Below are positions 1 to 13,300 of a stretch of DNA of 64,000 nt, one piece after another (positions within the stretch are counted from its first letter, which is position 1; each line of letters begins with the position of its first letter). The DNA comes from Macrostomum hystrix (lineage: Eukaryota > Animalia > Platyhelminthes). Both the position numbers and the translations under genes were made by a program. The notes under the pieces were generated by a model. The model searched no databases and had not been told where the DNA came from. It saw nothing but the letters and a program-made list of their open reading frames with translations. The DNA lies in NCBI GenBank assembly GCA_950097015.1, contig CATNEN010000024.1:3472001-3536000 (forward strand), read 5' to 3'.

Positions 1-1003
1 GTTAAGATAAGACAGTGGAGAGATGAGACACGGGAGAGATGAGACACAGGTTAAGATAAGACAGTGGAGAGATGAGACAGGGGAGAGATGAGACACGGGA
101 GAGATGAGACACGGGAGAGATGAGACACGGGAGAGATGAGACACGGGAGAGATGAGACACGGGAGAGATGAGACACAGGTTAAGATAAGACAGTGGAGAG
201 ATGAGACACGGGAGAGATGAGACAGTGGAGAGATGAGACAGTGGAGAGATGAGACACGGGAGAGATGAGACACGGGAGAAATGAGACACGGGAGAGATGA
301 GACACTGGAGAGATGAGACACAGGTTAAGATAAGACAGTGGAGAGATGAGACACGGGAGAGATGAGACAGTGGAGAGATGAGACACGGGAGAGATGAGAC
401 ACGGGAGAAATGAGACACGGGAGAGATGAGACACTGGAGAGATGAGACACAGGTTAAGATAAGACAGTGGAGAGATGAGACACGGGAGAGATGAGACACG
501 GGAGAGATGAGACACAGGTTAAGATAAGACAGTGGAGAGATGAGACACGGGAGAGATGAGACAGTGGAGAGATGAGACACGGGAGAGATGAGACACGGGA
601 GAAATGAGACACGGGAGAGATGAGACACTGGAGAGATGAGACACAGGTTAAGATAAGACAGTGGAGAGATGAGACACGGGAGAGATGAGACACGGGAGAG
701 ATGAGACACGGGAGAGATGAGACACGGGAGAGATGAGACACGGGAGAGATGAGACAGGGGAGAGATGAGACAGGGGAGAGATGAGACACGGGAGAGATGA
801 GACAGGGGAGAGATGAGACACGGGAGAGATGAGACAGTGGAGAGATGAGACACGGGAGAGATGAGACACGGGAGAGATGAGACACGGGAGAGATGAGACA
901 GTGGAGAGATGAGACAGTGGAGAGATGAGACACGGGAGAGATGAGACACGGGAGAGATGAGACACGGGAGAGATGAGACTCGGGAGAGATGAGACTCGGG
1001 AGA
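1..1003. repeat. 16-bp satellite GAGAGATGAGACACGG (family S16)
   Basis: Tandem units with a recurring ACAGGTTAAGATAAGAC variant; runs off the window start. Confidence 0.97.
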
Positions 1004-1593
1004 GCATTTAGAGCCAGGGTCTTGACTTCGGAGCTTTTGAAGTTTGCATGTCGGGGGTGGCCGATCTCTGTTACGGATAACTAAAATAAGTCGAATAAGT
1101 ATTCAGTTGCACTGAAACTCACGCGCAAAAAAAGCTTAAAGCAATCGCAATTTATTTTTTCCCTGAGAACTGTGGACTGATAATTTCATAGTTAAAATGT
1201 CGATAATTTCTCTCTGATAGCAATGATTACTTTATAATCGAATTTGTTGTTTACAGCCTACTGCTTCGGTATCAGTAGCATAAGTAATTATATGCGGATT
1301 TGTCTGTGTTTTTGCCTGTGCTGCTGATAAGTTGATTTTTTTGACAGTATAAACGCGTAAATATTTTGTAACGATTCACCTTCATTTGCACCAATAATTA
1401 GTTTTTTCAATTTTGCACCATTTAATTTTTCATTCAGAAAATTTATATGTTCTCATTGTCCCTATGCCTAAATATAAAGTAGTTTCTAATTGGTTATCCT
1501 GAAATAAATTATGAAATCATTACTATGAGAGAAAAATAAAACGTTTTAGTTTTTTGCATTATCTCTTAAGGATTATGAACTTCTTCTGGGATC

Positions 1594-1775
1594 AGGCAGC
1601 TGTTAAATGGGTACCAGCATCAGTTGGGGTAATTGATGGTTGGTATTGTGTCCGACCAGTTCATGGACTGAACAGCCGTAGGCAGTCTTCAGTTGCTACT
1701 CGTTATATGCAACGGCTGTGCCGTTGGCTGCACGTCTGGCCTAAATGGGGCAGGTGTAAACAATCAGTATTATCA
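1594..1775 (+). mobile_element. SINE family 2 fragment
   Basis: CAGCTGTTAAATGGGTACCAG...CCAGTTCATGGACTGAACAGCCG matches 37090-37160. Confidence 0.6.
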
Positions 1776-1797
1776 TTAGTTCACCCAGTCGCAAGGT

Positions 1798-2458
1798 GAC
1801 ACGCCTGTCAATAAAGACAGGTTATCTGATATAAAAATCAATCTACACAGGTTATCTGATACACCTGTCAATCTGGACAGGCAATCTGATAGTCCTGACA
1901 ATCTAGACAGGCAATCTGATACACCTGTCAATCTGGACAGGCAATCTGATACACCTGTCAATCTAGACGGGCAATCTGACACCTGTCAATCTAGACGGGC
2001 AAGCTGACCTGTCAATCTGGACAGGCAATCTCACGCACCTGTCAATCTAGACAGGCAATCTGATACACCTGTCAATCTGGACAGGCAATCTGATACACCT
2101 GACAATCTAGACAGGCAATCTGATACACCTGTCAATCTGGACAGGCAATCTGATACACCTGTCAATCTAGACAGGCAATCTCACGCACCTGTCAATCTAG
2201 ACAGGCAATCTGATACACCAGTCAATCTAGACGGGCAATCGGACACCTGTCTATCTAGACGGGCAATCAGACACCTGTCAATCTAGACAGGCAATCTGAC
2301 ACCTGTAAATCTAGACGGGCTATCTGACACCTGTCAATCTAGACGGGCAAGCTGACCTGTCAATCTGGACAGGCAATCTCACGCACCTGTCAATCTAGAC
2401 AGGCAATCTGATACACCTGTCAATCTAGACGGGCAAGCTGATACACCTGTCAATCTAG
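1798..2458. repeat. Minisatellite of about 26-30 bp, ACACCTGTCAATCT(A/G)GACAGGCAATCTGAT
   Basis: Tandem units with an internal CTGTC/GACAG hairpin. Confidence 0.95.
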
Positions 2459-2861
2459 AAAATAATTAGCAAATTTTAGTTACCTGCAGTACCCCAATAT
2501 TGTGCAGTCAAAATTAGAAAACATTTTTGGGACTCAGACATTTTCAATCAGTTGTAACGAGGCAAACTATATGCTTGAAAATCATCTTAATTAATCTCAC
2601 TTCAGCAACGAACGTGTCAGAAAAAATATTAGACACGCTATCAGACAGCGATAGCAATCTAATCGCATGTCTGCACGCGTTATAACATTAAACAGAAACC
2701 TTTAGAAAACAAAAGTAATTGGCTATGAGTAGGACAGCATGACAATACAATGTGTTTACAAAATTGAACTTTAAAATTATTTTACACGAGTGTCCACCAA
2801 GTTTTAAACTTTAAATCCTATCAATTCAGAAATTCCATTCAGTTAGTCTGATCGGAGTTCA

Positions 2862-3223
2862 GGGGGTCGGTTGCAGAGCGGTTAACTCGTTTGCCTCTCG
2901 CACCACGGTCCCTAAGTTCGATTCCACGGCGAGGCCACATTTATTTGGGGCGCAGCCGCGGAGAGAAGGCTTGGGGGCTTGTCGTGCAATTTACGCCTTT
3001 GAGGGCCAACCTCCAAGGCGCAGTGAAATGTACACTGCCTGACGATGAGAAAGTCAGGGCAGATGTACACACCTGTGTGAGCGTGTGCCTGCGTACAGTA
3101 TCTGTGGGCGTGTGTGCTCAGGAGTCAGCGAAATAGGCAGAATTGCCTCCTCGCTGGCTGCGGGTCTAGTGTCACCAAATAATGTGCCATTGCCCTCAGC
3201 CCTCCCGCAATTATTATTGTTAT
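2862..3223 (+). mobile_element. tRNA-derived SINE, family 1, apparently full length
   Basis: A-box-like GGTTGCAGAGCGGTT, B-box AGTTCGATTCC, (ATT)-type tail, CTGATCGGAG on both flanks; second copy at 6851-7427 (-) and fragment near 41580-41630 (-). Confidence 0.75.
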
Positions 3224-3234
3224 ACTGATCGGAG

Positions 3235-3825
3235 ATCCCATTCAGCCAATCTGATCAGAAATCCCATTCAACCAATCTGATCAGAAATCCCATTCAGCCA
3301 ATCTGATCAGAAATCCCATTCAACCAATCTGATCAGAAATCCTATTCAACCAATCTGATCAGAAATCCCATTCAACCAATCTGATCAGAAATCCTATTCA
3401 ACCAATCTGATCAGAAATCCCATTCAACCAATCTGATCAGAAATCCCATTCAACCAATCTGATCAGAAATCCCATTCAACCAATCTGATAAGAAATCCTA
3501 TTCAACCAATCTGATCAGAAATCCCATTCAGCCAATCTGATCAGAAATCCCATTCAACCAATCTGATCAGAAATCCTATTCAACCAATCTGATCAGAAAT
3601 CCTATTCAACCAATCTGATCAGAAATCCCATTCAACCAATCTGATCAGAAATCCTATTCAACCAATCTGATCAGAAATCCCATTCAACCAATCTGATCAG
3701 AAATCCCATTCAACCAATCTGATAAGAAATCCCATTCAACCAATCTGATCAGAAATCCCATTCAACCAATCTGATCAGAAATCCAATTCAACCAATCTGA
3801 TCAGAAATCCCATTCAACCAATATG
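3235..3825. repeat. 26-bp minisatellite TTCAACCAATCTGATCAGAAATCCCA
   Basis: About 22 near-identical units. Confidence 0.96.
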
Positions 3826-4152
3826 AAAAAATCCTATTTTACCATTGTGATCTAATCTGAACAGAAGTCAATCAGTGTGCGATTCGATTTTTTTCCAGAA
3901 TAATGAAAACTCAATGAGGAAGGATACTGTTAAGTGAAGTTGTGAGATTTAGCAAGCAAGTGTTTTGGGAATATATATATATATGTATGTATATACGAAT
4001 AGGTATATTGCACATGGTCTGCAACAAACCAATTAATACTGGGGACAGAGAAGGACACGCTCAACACCTGTGACTCATCCGAGTTAATGACAGTAAAGGT
4101 GAGCTATATGTGTACTCAACAGTCCTGGCAGTTAAATATGAGTTCCATTATC

Positions 4153-4323
4153 TCAGCATTGATTTGCAGAATTGTTCGTCTTCGGGCAGTACTTGTGCAG
4201 CTCGCTGCTCAGCAAGTGCTTCCTCTCCGATGTACGGTTGAATGAGTTCAACAAGAAGGTGGTGATCTTCAGGAACAGGTGCTTCTGAGCGCCTCGCATG
4301 CTGTGATCCTCATCCGGGTAGGT
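4153..4323 (-). CDS. DPP4-family last exon (catalytic His)
   Basis: atccag|ACC TAC CCG GAT GAG GAT CAC: [28 protein letters not shown]...NQC*. Confidence 0.93.
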   Translation of the reverse strand, partial: TYPDEDHSMRGAQKHLFLKITTFLLNSFNRTSERKHLLSSELHKYCPKTNNSANQC

Positions 4324-7300
4324 CTGGATTTGGTATATAAAATTAAATAATGTGCGTTTGTTTCTACTGACAGTAGGACTGTTAGTTTTCAGTCTCAGCT
4401 GGGTTGTGACCAAGTGAACGATCTGAGGATTGTGACCAAGTGAAGTATCTGTAGATTGTAACCAAGTGAAGGATCTGAGGGTTGTGACCAAGTGAAGCAT
4501 CTGAGGGTTGTGACCAAGTGAAGGATCTGAGGGTTGTGACCAAGTGAAGCATCTGAGGGTTGTGACCAAGTGAAGGATCTGAGGGTTGTGACCAAGTGAA
4601 GAATCTGAGGGTTGTGACCAAGTGAAGCATCTGAGGGTTGTGACCAAGTGAAGGATCTGGGGGTTGTGACCAAGCGAAGGATCTGTAGATTGTGACCAAG
4701 TGAAGGATCTGTAGATTGTGACCAAGTGAAGGATCTGTAGATTGTGACCATGTGAAGGATGTGTAGATTGTTACCAAGCGAAGGATCTGTAGATTGTGAC
4801 CAAGTGAAGGATCTGTAGATTGTGACCAAGTGAAGGATCTGAGGGTTGTGACCAAGTGAAGAATCTGAGGGTTGTGACCAAGTGAAGGATCTGAGGGTTG
4901 TGACCAAGTGAAGGATCTGAGGGTTGTGACCAAGTGAAGGATCTGAGGGTTGTGACCAAGCGAAGGATCTGAGGGTTGTGACCAAGTGAAGGATCTGAGG
5001 GTTGTGACCAAGTGAAGGATCTGTAGATTGTGACCAAGTGAAGGATCTGTAGATTGTGACCAAGTGAAGGATCTGTAGATTGTGACCAAGTGAAGGATCT
5101 GGGGGTTGTGACCAAGTGAAGGATCTGGGGGTTGTGACCAAGTGAAGGATCTGAGGGTTGTGACCAAGTGAAGAATCTGAGGGTTGTGACCAAGTGAAGG
5201 ATCTGGGGGTTGTGACCAAGCGAAGGATCTGAGGGTTGTGACCAAGTGAAGGATCTGAGGGTTGTGACCAAGTGAAGGATCTGAGGGTTGTGACCAAGTG
5301 AAGGATCTGAGGGTTGTGACCAAGTGAAGCATCTGAGGGTTGTGACCAAGTGAAGGATCTGAGGGTTGTGACCAAGTGAAGAATCTGAGGGTTGTGACCA
5401 AGTGAAGCATCTGAGGGTTGTGACCAAGTGAAGGATCTGGGGGTTGTGACCAAGCGAAGGATCTGTAGATTGTGACCAAGTGAAGGATCTGTAGATTGTG
5501 ACCAAGTGAAGGATCTGTAGATTGTGACCATGTGAAGGATGTGTAGATTGTTACCAAGCGAAGGATCTGTAGATTGTGACCAAGTGAAGGATCTGTAGAT
5601 TGTGACCAAGTGAAGGATCTGAGGGTTGTGACCAAGTAAAGAATCTGAGGGTTGTGACCAAGTGAAGGATCTGAGGGTTGTGACCAAGCGAAGGATCTGA
5701 GGGTTGTGACCAAGTGAAGGATCTGAGGGTTGTGACCAAGCGAAGGATCTGAGGGTTGTGACCAAGTGAAGGATCTGAGGGTTGTGACCAAGTGAAGGAT
5801 CTGTAGATTGTGACCAAGTGAAGGATCTGTAGATTGTGACCAAGTGAAGGATCTGTAGATTGTGACCAAGTGAAGGATCTGGGGGTTGTGACCAAGTGAA
5901 GGATCTGGGGGTTGTGACCAAGTGAAGGATCTGAGGGTTGTGACCAAGTGAAGAATCTGAGGGTTGTGACCAAGTGAAGGATCTGGGGGTTGTGACCAAG
6001 CGAAGGATCTGAGGGTTGTGACCAAGTGAAGGATCTGAGGGTTGTGACCAAGTGAAGGATCTGAGGGTTGTGACCAAGTGAAGGATCTGAGGGTTGTGAC
6101 CAAGTGAAGCATCTGAGGGTTGTGACCAAGTGAAGGATCTGAGGGTTGTGACCAAGTGAAGCATCTGAGGGTTGTGACCAAGTAAAGGATCTGTAGATTG
6201 TGACCAAGTAAAGGATCTGTAGATTGTGACCAAGTAAAGAATCTGATGGTTTCTTTTTGCTGCAATTGTAGTGTGTGGCAATGTACATATGCGTTCACTT
6301 CTCTGGGTGTCTAATGTACATCAACCGCGTGCATGCCATTCTCTCTCACTTTTACACCTTGGCACTGATTGCTATTTGACTCGTGAGTCAACAAATAAAT
6401 CTCTGTAAAACTTCGTCAACTCTAAGTCGCAGTCTCTCTACCTTAGTCCACACAATTAACGAGCACAAAAACTCAATGCGGTTCTCACCGCGAACTCGAA
6501 GTTAACTTTCTGTTGCACCAACAGTTTGACAAATTGGGCGCTGTTCTGAAAATGCACATTATCTGCAACCAAAAACAGGGCTTGGTTTTAGTTATTATCA
6601 TTTATCTGTCTTGTGAAATTTGCATATTTGCAGCTTACCATCGCCAGTTCCGTGGGCCAGCAGCAAGTCTTTGTTCCAGAAATTGGCAGCCAATCGAGAC
6701 ACGTTTGTCCTCTGGAGGGATTTTTGTTATTTTAGTGTCAGAAAAATTTTAAGTAACAAAAAGCTAATTTGAATAGTCACCTTATAATTCTCTGACGTTG
6801 CATCGGACTTCACACCCAGATAGCGTTCTGTATAGCCGGTGTCTGCAAATCAATAATAGTAATAGTAATACGAGCGTAGTTCTAGGGGCCTAATCGGCAA
6901 TAACATGTCAATTAGCCACACTAGACCCGCAGCCAGCGAGGAGGCAAATCTGCCCATTCCGCAGTGTACACTCTCACTGTGCCTTGGAGGTTAGCCCTCA
7001 AGGGCGTAAATTGCACGGGGGGTTTCACAAACTCGAAATTTCACAACGTCGAAAGCACCTTTCTTCACAAGGTCGAAAGTTCACAAGGTCGAAATTTCAC
7101 AACATCGAAAACTAAAATAGCAGCTACCTTCACTAGGTCGAAACTTCATAAGCTCGAAACTTCACAACGTCGAAAGCTTTAGCAAGAGATTTCATAGCTG
7201 CTATGAAGGTAGCTGCTATTTTAGTTTTCGACGTTGTGAAGTTTCGACCTTGTGAAGTTTCTAGCTTATGAAGTTTCGACCTTATGAAAAAAATTGCTTT

Positions 7301-10300
7301 TCGGTGTTGTGAAATTTCGAGCTTGTGATAGCACCCCAATTGCACGACAAGCCCCCCATGCATTATCTCCCCGGCTGCGCCCCAAATGAATGTGGCCTCG
7401 CCGTGGAATCGAACTCCGTGACCTTCGTTTTACTCTTCTTATAAAAAAAGTTAATAAAAATGTTCTACAACTTTTTTAAAGACATTCTTTCCATCCCTCC
7501 ATTTGAGATCTGAGATTTTCGCGGGACTAATTCCACTCGCGTCACGACAACTCTCAACCTGATCAGTCTCGAAAAGCTTTCCTGACAACTCAAGAATGAT
7601 GGAGAGGTCACTCACTACTAGTGATCTTGAAGGAGAGAGAATTGAAGCAGAGACTTGCCAAGATAGGGACAAACTTTGAGAAGGAACTGTGTAGCGAAGT
7701 TTGAGCAGAGGCCATCTAAATTAAGGCACTAACAGGGTGTCAGGATCTTCCCAGATGCCATGCTGTTAAAGTACAAGTTGAAGAAAAAACACTACAACTT
7801 AGAGAATGCTAATCTAATTTTCTTCCTGACAGTAGAAAAAACCGCTTTTGATTGGATTTAAAATACGTGTAAAATGCAAACATTCTACTTGGGATTATCT
7901 TATCCTCATTGAGGGGATCTGGGATGCATTCTAGTCATGTCTAGTCATTTCTAGTTCTTTTCATTTCAACATTTCTAGTCATGTCGAAAGCGCAAATCAT
8001 CGAACAGACTTTAGAATCCTACTGCCAGTGTCCCATTACGGGGCTTTGAATGAATTAGCATTGCAAATTTTAGTTGCGCAGAAGCATCTGCCCAAATGAT
8101 TTGGCCAGACACTGGGACACAACAATCGGAGTGACTGCAACTTTAATTCCACAATTCTAAAGGTCAAGGGTACGCATACACATCGTCACTCTCTAACACA
8201 CGTCGTCACTCTCTAACACACGTCGTCACTCTCTAACACACGTCGTCACTCTCTAACACACATTGTCACTCTCTAACACACATTGTCACTCTCTAACACA
8301 CATTGTCACTCTCTAACACACATTGTCTCTCTCTAACACACATTGTCACTCTCTAACACACATTGTCACTCTCTAACACACGTCGTCACTCTCTAACACA
8401 CATTGTCACTCTCTAACACACGTCGTCACTCTCTAACACACACTGTCACTCTCTAACACACATTGTCACTCTCTAACACACGTCGTCACTCTCTAACACA
8501 CACTTGTCACTCTCTAACACACAGTCGTCACTCTCTAACACACACTGTCACTCTCTAACACACGTCGTCACTCTCTAACACACATTGTCACTCTCTAACA
8601 CACATTGTCACTCTCTAACACACATTGTCACTCTCTAACACACGTCGTCACTCTCTAACACACATTGTCACTCTCTAACACACGTCGTCACTCTCTAACA
8701 CACACTGTCACTCTCTAACACACATTGTCACTCTCTAACACACATTGTCACTCTCTAACACACATTGTCACTCTCTAACACACGTCGTCACTCTCTAACA
8801 CACATTGTCACTCTCTAACACACGTCGTCACTCTCTAACACACACTGTCACTCTCTAACACACGTCGTCACTCTCTAACACACACTGTCACTCTCTAACA
8901 CACGTCGTCACTCTCTAACACACACTGTCACTCTCTAACACACATTGTCACTCTCTAACACACGTCGTCACTCTCTAACACACGTCGTCACTCTCTAACA
9001 CACATTGTCACTCTCTAACACACATTGTCACTCTCTAACACACATTGTCACTCTCTAACACACATTGTCTCTCTCTAACACACATTGTCACTCTCTAACA
9101 CACATTGTCACTCTCTAACACACGTCGTCACTCTCTAACACACATTGTCACTCTCTAACACACGTCGTCACTCTCTAACACACACTGTCACTCTCTAACA
9201 CACATTGTCACTCTCTAACACACATTGTCACTCTCTAACACACATTGTCACTCTCTAACACACGTCGTCACTCTCTAACACACATTGTCACTCTCTAACA
9301 CACGTCGTCACTCTCTAACACACACTGTCACTCTCTAACACACATTGTCACTCTCTAACACACATTGTCACTCTCTAACACACATTGTCACTCTCTAACA
9401 CACGTCGTCACTCTCTAACACACATTGTCACTCTCTAACACACGTCGTCACTCTCTAACACACACTGTCACTCTCTAACACACGTCGTCACTCTCTAACA
9501 CACACTGTCACTCTCTAACACACGTCGTCACTCTCTAACACACATTGTCACTCTCTAACACACATTGTCACTCTCTAACACACATTGTCACTCTCTAACA
9601 CACGTCGTCACTCTCTAACACACATTGTCACTCTCTAACACACGTCGTCACTCTCTAACACACACTGTCACTCTCTAACACACATTGTCACTCTCTAACA
9701 CACATTGTCACTCTCTAACACACATTGTCACTCTCTAACACACGTCGTCACTCTCTAACACACATTGTCACTCTCTAACACACGTCGTCACTCTCTAACA
9801 CACACTGTCACTCTCTAACACACGTCGTCACTCTCTAACACACACTGTCACTCTCTAACACACGTCGTCACTCTCTAACACACACTGTCACTCTCTAACA
9901 CACATTGTCACTCTCTAACACACATTGTCACTCTCTAACACACATTGTCACTCTCTAACACACGTCGTCACTCTCTAACACACATTGTCACTCTCTAACA
10001 CACGTCGTCACTCTCTAACACACACTGTCACTCTCTAACACACATTGTCACTCTCTAACACACATTGTCACTCTCTAACACACATTGTCACTCTCTAACA
10101 CACATTGTCACTCTCTAACACACGTCGTCACTCTCTAACACACATTGTCACTCTCTAACACACGTCGTCACTCTCTAACACACATTGTCACTCTCTAACA
10201 CACATTGTCACTCTCTAACACACATTGTCACTCTCTAACACACATTGTCACTCTCTAACACACGTCGTCACTCTCTAACACACATTGTCACACTCTAACA

Positions 10301-13300
10301 CACAAGTCACTCTCTAACACACATTGTCACTCTCTAACACACATTGTCACTCTTTAACACACATCGTCACTCTCCTACATACATCGACACACACACACAT
10401 CGTCAAACACGCACATCGTCACTCACGCACATCGTCACTCACGCACATCGTCACTCACACACATCGTCACACACGCACATCGTCACACACGCACATTGCC
10501 ACTCCCGCACACAAATCCAGCACCCAGTTGGAATATAAGAGTTTCTTAGTCGCTGGGAGCCCAGGTTCCAGATTCACTCACTGTAGTAATAGAAGTCAGT
10601 GACTGGAGCCACAGCCACAGCCGTTGAGAAATATGAGTTATTAGCATTGGACTCGTGACCCATCATGTGCAGCGCCATGAAGCCTCCGTACGACCAGCCG
10701 AACACGGCGATGCACGATTTGTTGACGTACTGAAGCCGTCTCAGTTCGGCCAGAGAGTCCATCTGGTCCTCCAGTTCGACGTTGGCGAAGTTGTTCTTGA
10801 TGGCGAACAGGTGGCTAGAGCCGCGATTTGCTGTGCCCCGACCGTCGATGCTGGCGGACATGATGTACAAGCTGCTGGCCAGGTAGTGCTGCCAGCCCAG
10901 ATCGTATTTGCGAGTCACCATCTGGGATGAGGGACCAGCGTAGCTGCGGGTGGTGAACGGTGAAGATGGGGTAAGATTGTTGAACTAGGCTGCAATTAGC
11001 ACACTGGAATCCAATCAAGTTCAGTCTTAACAAATATAGATTATGAAGCGATCAAAAGTTTCACTGTCTACGTAAAAATCCAGATAAGTTAGTTTGAAAG
11101 GATTTTGTTGACTGCGTTTGAAGAGGTCCAGTTGACTGCGTTTGAAGAGGCCCAGTTGATTGCGTTTGAAGAGGTCCAGTTGATTGCGTTTGAAGAGGTC
11201 CAGTTGATTGCGTTTGAAGAGGTCCAGTTGATACAGTTAAAGAGGACTGTGTTTGAAGAGGTCCAGTTGATACAATTAAAGAGGACTGTGTTTGAAGAGG
11301 TCCAGGTGATACAGTTAAAGAGGACTGTGTTTGAAGAGGTCCAGGTGATACAGTTAAAGAGGACTGTGTTTGAAGAGGTCCAGTTGATACAGTTAAAGAG
11401 GACTGTGTTTGAAGAGGTCCAGTTGATACAATTAAAGAGGACTGTGTTTGAAGAGGTCCAGTTGATACAACTAAAGAGGACTGTGTTTGAAGAGGTCCAG
11501 TTGATACAGTTAAAGAGGACTGTGTTTGAAGAGGTCCAGTTGATACAATTAAAGAGGACTGTGTTTGAAGAGGTCCAGGTGATACAGTTAAAGAGGACTG
11601 TGTTTGAAGAGGTCCAGTTGATACAGTTAAAGAGGACTGTGTTTGAAGAGGTCCAGTTGATACAATTAAAGAGGACTGTGTTTGAAGAGGTCCAGGTGAT
11701 ACAGTTAAAGAGGACTGTGTTTGAAGAGGTCCAGTTGATACAGTTAAAGAGGACTGTGTTTGAAGAGGTCCAGTTGATACAATTAAAGAGGACTGTGTTT
11801 GAAGAGGTCCAGTTGATACAATTAAAGAGGACTGTGTTTGAAGAGGCCCAGTTGATACAATTAAAGAGGACTGTGTTTGAAGAGGCCCAGTTGATACAAT
11901 TAAAGAGGACTGTGTTTGAAGAGGCCCAGTTGATTGCGTTTGAAGAGGTCCAGTTGATTGTGTTTGAAGAGGTCCAGTTGATACAATTAAAGAGGACTGT
12001 GTTTGAAGAGGTCCAGTTGATACAATTAAAGAGGACTGTGTTTGAAGAGGCCCAGTTGATTGCGTTTGAAGAGGTCCAGTTGATTGCGTTTGAAGAGGTC
12101 CAGTTGATTGCGTTTGAAGAGGTCCAGTTGATACAGTTAAAGAGGACTGTGTTTGAAGAGGTCCAGTTGATACAGTTAAAGAGGACTGTGTTTGAAGAGG
12201 TCCAGGTGATACAGTTAAAGAGGACTGTGTTTGAAGAGGTCCAGTTGATACAATTAAAGAGGACTGTGTTTGAAGAGGTCCAGTTGATACAATTAAAGAG
12301 GACTGTGTTTGAAGAGGTCCAGTTGATACAATTAAAGAGGACTGTGTTTGAAGAGGTCCAGGTGATACAATTAAAGAGGACTGTGTTTGAAGAGGTCCAG
12401 TTGATACAGTTAAAGAGGACTGTGTTTGAAGAGGTCCAGTTGATACAGTTAAAGAGGACTGTGTTTGAAGAGGTCCAGTTGATACAATTAAAGAGGACTG
12501 TGTTTGAAGAGGTCCAGTTGATACAATTAAAGAGGACTGTGTTTGAAGAGGTCCAGTTGATACAGTTAAAGAGGACTGTGTTTGAAGAGGTCCAGTTGAT
12601 ACAATTAAAGAGGACTGTGTTTGAAGAGGTCCAGTTGATACAATTAAAGAGGACTGTGTTTGAAGAGGTCCAGGTGATACAGTTAAAGAGGACTGTGTTT
12701 GAAGAGGTCCAGTTGATACAGTTAAAGAGGACTGTGTTTGAAGAGGTCCAGTTGATACAGTTAAAGAGGACTGTGTTTGAAGAGGTCCAGTTGATACAGT
12801 TAAAGAGGACTGTGTTTAAAGAGGTCCAGTTGATACAATTAAAGAGGACTGTGTTTGAAGAGGTCCAGGTGATACAGTTAAAGAGGACTGTGTTTGAAGA
12901 GGTCCAGTTGATACAGTTAAAGAGGACTGTGTTTGAAGAGGTCCAGTTGATACAGTTAAAGAGGACTGTGTTTGAAGAGGTCCAGTTGATACAATTAAAG
13001 AGGACTGTGTTTAAAGAGGTCCAGTTGATACAATTAAAGAGGACTGTGTTTGAAGAGGTCCAGGTGATACAGTTAAAGAGGACTGTGTTTGAAGAGGTCC
13101 AGTTGATACAGTTAAAGAGGACTGTGTTTGAAGAGGTCCAGTTGATACAGTTAAAGAGGACTGTGTTTGAAGAGGTCCAGTTGATACAGTTAAAGAGGAC
13201 TGTGTTTGAAGAGGTCCAGTTGATACAAGTTAAAGAGGACTGTGTTTGAAGAGGTCCAGTTGATACAAGTTAAAGAGGACTGTGTTTGAAGAGGTCCATT

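Noticed and set aside
2862-2935. Possible tRNA genes here and at 21785-21905 and 36980-37030
   Set aside because: A and B boxes are present but no complete cloverleaf, and each continues into repeat-family body sequence, so they are called SINE heads.
3039-3065. CTGACGA...GAAA resembling a hammerhead ribozyme core in the SINE
   Set aside because: No stem II between the motifs; it is a simple CCTGAC/GTCAGG hairpin, and the related fragment near 41610 has GATA instead of GAAA.
2-6298. Long repetitive ORFs in several frames (SHLSRVSSLPCLIS..., [13 protein letters not shown]...), and the similar ones at 28312-30078 and 51809-53117
   Set aside because: Open in multiple frames at once because the units lack stops; satellite artefacts. 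Only the last 56 codons of ORF 4153-4725 are a real exon.
11105-13249. 714-aa ORF of ([13 protein letters not shown])n
   Set aside because: Translation of a 39/24-bp satellite antisense to an intron; no unique coding sequence.
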